64,000 bases of DNA from Mobula hypostoma (taxonomy: Eukaryota), in assembly GCF_963921235.1 (NCBI RefSeq), contig NC_086107.1, positions 94,118,001-94,182,000 of the forward strand, read 5' to 3'. Each line of letters begins with the position of its first letter. Position 1 is the first letter of the stretch. The position numbers were made by a program, and so were the translations under genes. Of the stretch, positions 38,401-50,400 are shown piece by piece. The notes under the pieces are model-generated. The model was given only the letters and a program-made list of their open reading frames with translations. It did no database searches and was not told where the DNA came from.

Positions 38401-41400
38401 CCACTGTGTGAGAGAAGCCCGCTGTCAGTGCTGATGTGACCCCTGCCCTCTCCCCCGCCCCGCCCGAATATCAGCTGTGGCTTGGCTCTGCTCTGCACTG
38501 GAGTTGTGCTGGGGCTGGACTGGTTGTGCTGGGAGTGCTGGTGATATGTTGGATGTGCTGGGGCTGGGCTGGGCTCTGTGCTGGAGCCGTGCTGGGGCTG
38601 GGTTGTGTGCTGGGGCTGGACTGGTTGTGCTGGGAGTGCTGGTGATATGTTGGATGTGCTGGAGCCATGCTGGGGCTGGGTTGTGTGCTGGGGCTGGACT
38701 GGTTGTGCTGGGAGTGCTGGTGATATGTTGGATGTGCTGGAGCCGTGCTGGGGCTGGGCTGTATGTGCTGGAACAGCGCTGGCCCTTGCTTCTGCTCTGT
38801 GCTGACGCTGTGCTGGAGCTGGACTGGTTGTGCTGGAGCTGTGCTTGGAGTTCTGGAATCTGATGGGTCTGCTGGACATAGGCTGGGCTCTGTGCTGGGT
38901 GCATTGGGGCTGTGCTGGAGTACACCACATGACCCAAGAATAGGCAGGCTTTGGCCTCCAGGACACAAGTTCAATATTAACTTCCCCAATTTTAACTCTC
39001 TAAGGAAATCAGACAAATACTCAGAAAGCAAAAACTTTGAAAGACAAGATTGTAAGATGAATGTACCAATGAGATGTTCCTGGTTTCCTTTAATAATCTT
39101 CAGTACAGTTTCTGGAACCTTTGAAATATAGTGGGCTCCTGTCTGCACCTGACAGTACAAACCACAGCACTGAAGCACCAATATACAGGGAACAAGACTG
39201 ACTGCAGTAAACTCCTGCAGACATCTGCAACACCCGCCTGCTCTTGGGTCCATCGGTCTATCAGTAGCCCAAGCTGACAGTCATGACAGAGGGATGCCCA
39301 CCGCAAGCAATCTCCATTCGGGTCTGATACCACCTCTGACTCTCTCATGGGCTTTAGGGTGTCCAGTGCAAAAGCTACCAGGTTTGCCCGCTCCTGTGGA
39401 GTGGGTATGGGTACTGAAGGCACAGTAACGCAGCAGTTCATTGAACGTTTTACAGTGCCAGCGATCGAAGTTCGGTTCTCAGCTCTGTCTGTGAGGACCT
39501 GGTACGTTCTCCACACCCGCTTCGGTTTCCTTCTCCAACCCAAAGACATACAGGTTAGGGGTTTTGTGAGTTGTGGGCACGCTACGTTGGAGCCAGAAAG
39601 GTGGCAACACTTGCGGGCTGCCCCCAGGACGTCCTCAGACTGTGTCGATTGTTAACGCAAAGCGACGCATTTCACTGTACGTTTCGAGGTGCATCTGACA
39701 AATCAGGCTAATGAAGAAAAGCTGCCCTGGGTCCCTCCTGATTCTTTTACTCATCGAGTACGTTGTTAGTTTCATACGCAATCTTTCAGCCAATATCTTC
39801 AAGGCAATGATACTGGGACAACACTCTAAAGGGCCTGGAGATGCAAGTACATAAATTCTGTAGTGGTTGTGAACCGTGGTTCATGGTGTAGGACTGGGCC
39901 CGGTCTTTTAACCACATAAGATACAGGAGCAGAATTAGGCCATTTGGCCAATTTGTTCAGCCTTCTCCCTATAACCCCTCACTAATCAAGAACATATCAA
40001 CCTCCGCTTTCTATATACAATGATTTGACCCCCACAGCCGTCTGTGACAATGAATTCCACTGATCCACCACACTCTAGCTAAAGAAATTTCTCCTCATTT
40101 CTGTTCTAAAGGGACATCCCTCTTTTCTGAGGCTGTGCCCTCTGATCCTAGACTCTCCCACCAGTGGAAACATCCTCTCCGCGTCCACCCTATCTAGGCC
40201 TTTCGATCTTCTGTAGCATTCAATGAGATCCCCCTCATTCTTCTAAACTCCAGTGAGTACAGGCCCAGAGCCTACAAATGCTCAAACCATCGCCGTGACA
40301 GTCAAAAAAATCAGGTAATGTGGGGAAAAGAAGGAATGAAGTAACAGAATGCTGGAGGAACTCGGCAGGTCAGGCAGCATCCATGGAGAGGAATAAACAA
40401 TCATTGTTTTGGGCCGAGACCCTTTATCAGGACTGGAAAGAAGGCAGAATGAGGAGGTGAGGGGTTTAGAGAGCAAAGGACTCCATGTGGATGCCATTCA
40501 GATGTGTACCAGAGTCACAGATTCTGGGTTCCAGAACACAGAACATCACAACACAGACAAGAGAAAACCTGCAGATTCTTAGAATATTACAGTTCAGTAC
40601 AGGCTCTTTGGCCCACAACATTGTGCTGACCCTTTAACCCACTCTCAATCAATCTACCCTTCCCTCCTGTAGAACACACAGCATCGTATTATGAAGCAAA
40701 TCTTACTGCAGCATTAGAATGAGACAGAAGGACATTCAGCCCATCGAGGCCATGCCAGTGTCTGGCAGAGCAATCCCAGCAGTCTTGCTCCCGTGACCCT
40801 CAGGTGACTCCCACTAGTTCCTTAAGAGGAGTATGGATAGGTTCATGGATGAGAGGGGTATGGAAGGCTATGGTCCAGTCGCAGGTGGATGGAGCTAGCA
40901 GGAAAATGTACAGTACAGACCCTTCAGCCCCACAATGTTGTGCTGACCTTTTAACCTACTCCAAGATCAATCTAACCCTTCCCTCCCGCATAGCCCTCCA
41001 TTTCCCATCATCCGCGTGCCTATCTCTTAAACGCCCCTAATGTATCTGCCTCTACCACCACTCCAGCATGACGTTCCACACACCCACCTCTCTGTGTTTA
41101 AAAAACAAGATCAAACCCATCATAAGGCAAAACTGTACACTCATTTGCAAACTGTATTTAGTAAGTTTGATAAAGTGTTTCATACTTACTATAGAAATCT
41201 GTGACGGTTCAATCCTAGAAAAAAAGCAAAAATAAAAGAATATTAGGAATGTTAACACATCACCAAGCATCACCATATGTACATTCAGCCAGTCTGTGTA
41301 TATAACAGTTACTTTTACATTCTGTTTTATATGACTGCTTTTATATTTTTAATTATTGTGTTTTTTTTTGTAATCTTTATGCTTATTGTGTTTTTTTTTT

Positions 41401-44400
41401 GCTGCATCAGATCGGAGTAACAGTAATTCCCGTTCTCCTTTACACTTCTGTACTGAAGAACAACAGTAAACAATCTTGAATCTTGAACTAGCCACCAGCA
41501 GAAAAGTACGAGACCCCTCCCACTCCCCACTGTTCCAGTGCTGACATAATCCTCAGGGGTACAGATGCCAACAAGTGTGGAACGGTTCCGTTCTGGGAGT
41601 ACCCTGTTCCAAAACCAGATCAACTCCCCCGATGGGGCAGTGGGAGGTGTCAGTGAGAGGAGTCTCCACAGTGGCGGGTGCGTTCTCCTTAGTTAAAGCT
41701 TTAAACTGCATTGCAGCCACAAAACAAACAAATTTCATGCCACATATCAGTGCTAGTAAATCTGACAAAAGTCAAAGTAAATTTATTACCCAAGCTACCG
41801 TATCCTAACGTGATTCATTTTCTTGCAGATACTTACAGAGAAATAAAAAATACAATAGAATTTATGAAACTACGCATAAACAAAGACTGACAAACAACCA
41901 ATGGTCGAAAGAAGACAGATCGTGCAGATAAGAAATAAATAAATAAGACTGAGAATTTAAGTTGTAGATCATGAGTTGTAGAGTCCTTGAAAGTGAGTCT
42001 GTAGGTTGTGGAACTAGCTCAGAGTTGTGGTGAGTAAAGTTATCCACGCCAGTTCAGGAGCCTGAAGGTTGTAGGGTAATAACGGTACCTGAACCTGGTG
42101 GTGTGAGACCAAAGGCTCTCGACACTACCAGCCTGTTGGTTATAGCCTGAAGAGAGCTTGGCCTGGATGGTGGGGGTCCTTGATGGGATGCTGCTTTCTT
42201 GTGACAGCACTCCTAGTAGATGTGCTTATTGGTGGGGAGGGCTTTGCCTGTGATGGACTGAGTCTTATCCACCTCTTTCTATAGACTTTTCCATTTCTAG
42301 GCATTGGTGTTTCCACACCAGGCCATGATGTAACCAGTCAGGATACTCTCCACCAAAGTTCCCTCCAAGGTGTGCACGCACACATCTTTTGCTACCAGCA
42401 CGCAGAGGAATTTAAACTGCGCACAAAAGGTTGTCACCTTCTACCCCATTGGCACGTTAAGTATATTTCACGATCATACACAATCACATTTTCCGGTTTC
42501 TGATGAAGACTGTGTTGACAACATGTGTTTGCGATGATTTGTTTGCAGATTTTAGAACTGGGCTTATTTATACTGTTTTCATTCAGAAATTACTGATTCA
42601 CTATGTCGAATTCCAAAGAAACAAAGGGTATGAAGTGCTAAAGAACTGCTAGTTCAATTAAAGTGGAATGGCTTAATGAAACAGTAGAAACTGCTACACC
42701 GACAGCTCATGAGATCAAGAACGTGCAGCTAAGAGAAATATTTATGTACAGTACAGAAACTGGTGTTACCAATACAGAAAGTGGAGTGATACTTGGAAAC
42801 TTGACTTTTTAAAGTGTCATTTGGCAAGCAAATCACATATGGACTAAGCAGTATTGCATCCGTATTGTACTGTCTCAGTACTTTTATATTTGTGTGCTGT
42901 AGCACTTTTTTTATTCGCAGTTATTTTGTAAATAACACTATTCTTTGCATTTCTGGTCGGATGCTAAATGTATTTCATTGGCTTTGTATCTGTACTCGGC
43001 ACAATGACAATAAAGTTGAATCTAATCTAATCTAATATGGACGGTGTGCAAAAGCTGTGGCGAGAAAATCCTTCATTACCTGCTACAGGCCTGCTAGGTA
43101 TGTTTTATGAGAGTGCAGATGAACGAGAGCAAAAACAATAAACCCAGAGGAGATCAAAGATCTTATTGACAGTTTTTTGCTGGCTGGTAAGATGAATACC
43201 TCTATATATAAAATTCACTGAGCAAAAAATTTGCACAGCACAAGATTTTTGTGCACTCTGGCCGTTACAAATTACAGGGAACACTGCTCTCCACTGTGCA
43301 TCTATAGAAGTTCGCTAAAGTTTTAGGTGACATGCCAACTCTTTGCAAACTTCTAAGGAAGTAGTGGAAAATTCTGATTCCTTCTTTAACTGGGCACATT
43401 CAGGCACTGCCTTACACTTTTGACCAGACTACCAAGATCTCAGGTTTCTAGTCACTCCAGCCTCAATTCCAAATAAGCAAATACAACATGGAACAGCACA
43501 GGAACAGGCCCTTCAGCCCACAATCTCTGTGCTGTCCACGATGCCAAACTAAACTGCACACCTCCCTGCACATGGACTACACCCCTCTATTCCCTGCCTG
43601 AATAAGGGTCTGTCCAAACGCCTTTAAACAGCTTCTACATTTAAATAGAAAATAAAAACAAGCAGACTCTAGAACTGAAACAAAAACAGTTTCTCTTTTC
43701 ACAGATGCTGAACCATAGAGAGTTTCCAGCACTTTCTGCATTTAAGCAGTATCTCCCACTGCAGGTCATCTCAAAATACACTCACTGGCCTCTTTATTAG
43801 GTACAACTGTACACCTGCTCGTTAATGCAAATAGTTAATCAGCCAATCACGTGGCAGCAACTCAATGTACAAACGCATGCAGACTTGGTCAAGTTGTTGT
43901 CTAGACCAAACATCAGAATGTGACCTAAGTGACTTTGACCATGGAATTATTGTTGGCGCCAGGCAAGGTGGGTGGTTTGAGTATCTCACAAACTGCTGAT
44001 CTCCTGGGATTTTCGAGAATTTACAGAGAATGGTGCGATAGACAAAAAAAAAACATCCGGTGAGTGGCAGTTCTGTGGGTGAAAACACTTTGTTTATGAA
44101 AGAGGTCAGAGGAGAATGGCCAGAAAGTTTCATGCTGACAGGAAGGCAACAGTAACTCACACAACCATAGGTTCTACACTAGGTCATGACGAAACCAGTC
44201 AAGATACTCTATATCTACAGAAGTTTTTAGAAACTATAGAAGTTTGTCAGTTTTAGATGAGATTTCGAATCTATGCAAACTTCTAAGAAAGTAAAGTTGC
44301 TGCCATGCCATATTTGTGAAATGACTACAGTCACTACAACATATGACAAGGTGCTCTGTTCAGTTCCCCTCTGATTCTACAAGCACTGACCGCCAGCCAG

Positions 44401-47400
44401 AGGAATCCCATTCACCCTGCAGCCTCAATCCAAATGCTTCCCGTACTTAAACGCTGCTACTCAAGCTGGCTGACCGCTCTGATGTCTTCAAGGGATCTGG
44501 TGTGTTACACACTCACCGTGCAAGATCATCACTAAATGCCATCCCCAGGTTACAAGTTTACAGACGTCCAGAAGTCAGTTTTACATTGAACATGGAAACT
44601 ATAGCACAGTACAAGCACTATGTTCTGTCAAACCTTTAATAGACTCCAAGATTCATGTAACCCGCCCCCCCCCCTGTATCGTCCTCCATTTTTCTATCAT
44701 CCATGTGCCTTTCTAAGAGTCTCTTAAAGGCTCCTAATGTATTTGCCTCTAGCGCCACCCCTGACCAGGTGTTTCCTGCCCCCACCACTCTCCGTGTAAA
44801 AAAAAATCACACAATCATAAAGCAAAAATATGCAGTATATATATTTGCAAAATTTATCTAGTAAGTTTGATAAAGTGTTTCATACTTACTATAGAAATCT
44901 GTGATTGTTCTGACCTCACCCCTGTGCTTTCCCCCAAACACTCTAAAATTATCCCAAAACGTCTCAGCCCAAAACGTCGACTGTTTATTCATTTCCATAG
45001 ATGCTGCCTGGCCTGCTGAGTTCCTCCAGCATTTTGTGTGCGTTGCTTTGGATTTCCAGCGTCTGCAGACTTCCTCACGTCCACCTTAAAATTATGCCCC
45101 CTCATATTAGCCAATTCCACCTTGGGAAAAAGTCTCTGGCTGTCCACTCGATCTATGCTTCTTATCATCTTGTAAACCTCTAACAAGTCGCCTCTCAACC
45201 TCCTTCGCTCCAAGGAGAAAAGCCCGAGCTCGCTCAACCTATCCTCATTAGACATGCTAAAAAAAAAAGGGATGCTGCCTGTGTGATCTTCCAGCATGGT
45301 AGCACAGCAGTTGACGTAATGCTTTACAACGGCAGCTGAAAGATCGTGATTTGATTCCAGCCACAGTCTATAAGGAGTTTGACCGTTCTCACCAAGACCG
45401 TGTGGGTTTCCTCCGGGTGCTTCAGTTTCCTCCCAAACTCCAAAGACGTACAGGTTAGGATGAGTAAGTTGGGGGCATGCTGTAGTGCAGGAAACTTTGC
45501 GGGCTGTCCCCAGCACATACTCTGACTGTGAATGACGTATCTCACCGTATGTTTCAATGTTTTGATGTACATGTGACAAATAAAGCTAATCTTTAATCAT
45601 TAATATTTCCCTGACAAGTGTACATGGTCATTGCAAACTGAGTGGGTAGTTGGAGATACCAGGCACAGCGCCTTTGACGGTTGCTGTGGGAACTAGCCTG
45701 AAGGACTGAATGGTCTCCATGTTCCTACAATCAGTACAGGCTGTCCTGAAATGAGTCGGGAGTCATTCTAGGTGGTGCAGCCTAGTCCTGTTCATTTTCT
45801 TGCTTGTTCTCATAGAGCTGTAGCACAGAAACAGGCCCTTCAGCCCATCTAGTCCCTGCCAAACTGTTGTTCTGCCTAGTCCCATCTGGACTGTAGCCCT
45901 CCATGCCACTCCCATCCAAGTATTCATCCAAATTTCTCTTAAATGTTGAAATCAAACCCACATCCACCACTTCTCCTGGCAAAATCTAAATATTCTCCTA
46001 TTTTAAAAGTAGTTATAAAGAAGCCACTCGTTCCATCAAGTCTAGGCCATCTCTCAGAGCAATGCCATTCCGTCTCCATTTCCCTGTAACCTGCTCTCTC
46101 AATGATCATCGACTCCCCTGACTTTCCTGCCAACTGCTTAAACCAGCAGTGATTTAACTAGTAACCTGTCTCTACTTGGGATGGGGGAGGAAACCAGAGA
46201 GCCAGGGGGAGACGCACAGGGAGAACAAATAATCTCCCCACAGTCCCGGAGGTCAGGATTAAACCTGGGTCTCTGGAGCCAAGAGGCAGCAGCACTATCC
46301 ATTGCGTCCCCCAGTACAAAGTGTCCTTCATTGGACTCTGGGTGAGGTAGGACGCAGGCTCAAAACAGGTACGACAAGCAAGAGGAGGATTTATTGAAAT
46401 ATTTTGTGTATGCAAATATGCTCCCTCCAGAATATCCTGTTTCCACATTCCTTCATTCAAGAGGATGGTATTAGGAGTCTTTCAGATTCTTCCTCTGAAG
46501 CTTTTAACAGCAGCCCAAACTTGCGAGGTAATCGAAGTTGAAAGTTGAAAGTTCAAAGTAACTTTATTATCAAAGTACATATATGTATTGCTGGTGTACT
46601 CAATAAATCCAAAATAGAATAATAACCATAATAGTGAAAGACCGCACCTCTGGGGTATTCAACCAGTGTGCAAAAACAACAAACTGTGCAAACACAAAAA
46701 GGAAGATATAATAATAAACAGCTAAGCAATAAATATCGAGAACATGAGACGAAGAGTCCTTGAAAGTGAGTTAATAGGTTGTGGGAACATTTCAGTGATG
46801 GGGCAAGTGATGTTATCCCCTCTGGTTCAAGAGCCTGATGGTTGAGGGGTAATAACTGTCCCTGAACCTGGTGGTGTGAGTCCTGAGGCTCCTGTACCAC
46901 CTTCCTGATGGCAGGAGTAAGAAGAGAGCACGACCTGGGTGGTGGGGATGCCTGATGTTGGATGCTGCTTTCCTACGACACTGTTTCATGTAGATGTGCT
47001 CTGTGGTGGGGAGGGCTTTACCCGTGATGGGCTGGGCTGCATCAGCTACTTTTTGCAGGATTTTCTGTTCAAGGGCATTGGTGTTTCCATACCAGACCAT
47101 GAGGCACTTCGTCAATATACTCTCCACCACACACCTGAAGAAGATTGTCAAAGTTTTAGATGTCTTTTGTCTTGCTCACTAATGCATTGGCGAGAGAGTG
47201 AGAGAGTGAGAGAGAGAGAGAAGAAGGATGTGGAGAGACCAGATCATCTGTGACTGTTCTCCTCAGCGCAAGGAGATCAGATTGAGCTCTACGAAATCTT
47301 GAAGGGTATTAGTTGGATAATTAATGAGAATCTGCTCCCATTGTTAAGGACGTTGAGTAGCACAAATAAACAGACTTCCAAAAAACTGGCAAAAGAAGTT

Positions 47401-50400
47401 GACTGGAGATGAACCTTCTCGTTCACCCTGCTTCTATTGACAAGTCTATCGGCCAGTGGGTTGGATAGGAGGGGTGGGAAATATGAGTGGGTTTGTTTGT
47501 CAAATGTACGTCAAAACAAACAGTGAAATGCTTTGCTTTGCGTCAATGATTATGGTCCAAAGATTATGCTGGACAGGCCACAAGTGTCGCCACGCTTCGG
47601 GTACCGACACCGCACGCCCACATTTACCGACACCGACCTGTATGTCTTTGGAACGGGTGAGGACACTGGGGAGCCCGGAGGAAACCCGCGCGGCCATGGG
47701 AAGGATGTAGGAACTCCTTACAGATAGTGGCGGGAACTGAACCCCCGATCGCTCATCACTGGCCTGTAAAGCGTTGCGTTAACCACTATGCCACCATGCA
47801 GTATCACATTGCAAGTAACCAAATACACAGAGACAGGAGGATCTTGGCCTATTTCCTTCCGGATGCTGCCTGACCCCACTGAGTTCCTCCAGCATTTTGT
47901 GTACACTATTCAAATATACAATGGCAGCCATCAATTAATCAGGAACCAGTGCAATAAGCAGAGGAAATTAACCACAATGGAAAGTGCACCAACTTCTCCC
48001 AGACGAAGCTGGTTACTTCTGTCAGAAGTGCGGAGAGTGGAGGATGGGTACACTGATACATGGAGGGACCATTCAGCCCGTCAGCAGCAGCAACTCAGCT
48101 GACAGGAATGATTGACAGCAAGGTCAACCAATCACGGCCGCTCTCCAGTGAGGGAGGGTTTTTCCACAGCTGGCTTACACACCAAGAGCCCATTGTGAAG
48201 GGGAGCAGCCTTCGAAAGGAAGCTCCAAGCTTGAAAAGGAGAATGCGGAAGCAGCGAGACTAAGTGGGATCATGGGAAACTTGGCTGCATGGATTCAGAA
48301 TTGGCTTGCCCACACAACCTGAAGGCAGAATACAGGGTTAATGGCAGGACTCTTAACAGTGTGGAGGAACAGGGCATCCTTGAGTTTCATTTCTACCGAT
48401 CCCCCAAGGCTTCTGCGCAGTAGATAGCATGCTTAAGAAAGTGTGTGGCATGCTGGCTTTCGTCAGTTGGGCATTGAGTTCAAGAGCTGCGAGGTAATAT
48501 CACAGCTCTATAAAACTTTGGTCAGACCACACTTGGAATGACGTGTTCATTTCTAGTCACCTCACTATAGGAAGGATAGGAAAGCTTCACAGAGACAATG
48601 GAGGGCTACGTGAGAAGGGAAGGTTGGATTGATCTTTGGGTAGGTTAAATGGTCAGCACAACATCGTGGGCTGAAGGGCCTGTACTGTGCTGTAATGTTC
48701 TATGTTCGAAGTGTAGTAGATCTATCAAATAAATGCAGTGTGGATGAGAGAGGCCTACATTAGGGGGCAACAAATGCAGAAATTCCAGCGGAGAACTCTA
48801 GATGTGAAAACTGCAAATGAAACTCGTTGAGGTTAACAACAAGGGGAAGTCAGAGATGCAGAAGGAAAAGCGGTATTTGAAAGGGTTAAGTGATTAGCGA
48901 TGGGTCACATGCTATCATGGACAGAATGGGCTGAATAGCCTCTCTCTTTGTTCTAAGTACCGCAGAACGCCATTTTGGAAATGTTAATTCACAACAGAAA
49001 GTTAAGTTAAATGTCTTTACCCGGAGCGTAGCAGAAGGTGTATCTTGCCATACTGCTTTATATTTTCTGTCCTTCATCACCTTCCTTGTGTTTCCCCTCC
49101 TCCTCCCTTTCTCCCCTCCCCTTCTTTACTTTACATTTCCTATTCTTGTTGCCCTCTCACCCCTTCTCCTCCTCACTTGCCCATCACCTCCCTCTGATTC
49201 CCTTCATCCTTCCCCTTTTCCCATCGTCTACTCTCTTCTCCTATTAGATTCCTTCTTCTTCCTGCCTTTACATCTTCCACCTATCCCCTCCCAGCTTTTT
49301 ACTTAATCATCCCTTCCCCATCCATCCACCTTCCCCCTGACTTGGTCCCACCGATCACCTGCTGACTTTTACTTCATCCCTTCCCCACCTACTTATTCTG
49401 GCCTCTTCCCCTTTCCTTTCCTATTCCAATGAAGGGTCTCGGCCCAAAATGTCGACTGTTTATCCCTCTCCACAGACGCTGACTTCCTCCGGCATTGTGT
49501 GTGTGTTGCTCTGCTTTATATTCGTTAGACAGTTCACTCGTTACAGGACTTGCGAAGCAAGATAACAAGATGGAGACAGAGGTCAAGGGGTTGGCCATCC
49601 CCGCTGACCACAGAGCATCCTTTCCATGGCCCTAAGGGGTCTTGACCAATGGTCGCAAGGCGTTTAGTTGACTCAAGATCATGTTACAGAAGTCTCCACT
49701 TCTGCAAGTCAGGCTGTCAGCAAACCACAAAAACAAGCACGATCATCAGAACAGAGTTTGTCTTGATAAGTCAGCTTCTGGCTGCCAGGAAGGCACGAAC
49801 AAGTTAGTACGTAGAACCCCAAACTGTACAGCGGAGTACAGGCCTTTCGGCCCACAGTGTTGTGCCAACCATTTAACCAACTCCAAGATCAATCTAACCC
49901 TTCCCTCCCACATACCCCTCCATTATTCTATCTAAGTCTCTCTTTAATGGCCCTAATGTATCTGCCTCCATCACAACCCCTGGCAGTGGGTTCCACACAC
50001 CCACTGCTCTCTGTGTAAAAAAACTTACATCTGACGTGCCCCCTATACTTTCCTCCAATCACCTCCAAGTATTGCTCCCCTTGTACGAGCTATTTCCATC
50101 CTGAGAAAAAGCCCCTGGCTGTCCGTTCAACCTATGCCTCTGATTATCTTGTACACCTCTATCAAATCACCCCTCAGCCTCCTTCGCTCCAAAGAGAAAA
50201 GCCCCAGCTCGCTCAGCCTATCTTTGTTAGACACGCTCTCCAATCCAGGCAGCATCCTGGTAAATCTCTTCTGAAGCTTCCACATCAGAAGGACTTTGGC
50301 TGGTCTCCACATTCTTTCTAGTTGGTGGGGTTGAGGTGCTGGTTAGTGCTGCACCCTATCCAGACGAAACCAGCACCCCTCTCTCAAAATGGTTGCAGGA

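Noticed and set aside
38391..39253. Long overlapping ORFs (260, 191, 170 aa) rich in Q/P/S/T
   Set aside because: They arise from the stop-poor tandem repeat, are open in several frames and have no domain or splice support.
39225..39270. DGP-containing stretch (ACC GAT GGA CCC) as SPIB exon-2 homologue; likewise DGASSFS at about 57215-57260
   Set aside because: The DG frame does not match a phase-2 acceptor and phase-0 donor pair.
41172..41188. AGTGTTTCATACTT resembles part of miR-142-3p
   Set aside because: The match is only about 13/14 nt, falls partly in the loop of the local hairpin, and lacks the miR-142 precursor geometry. Not called a miR-142 paralog.
43825..43832. Third octamer ATGCAAAT
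   Set aside because: Lies within the Tc1-like element, so it is not informative.
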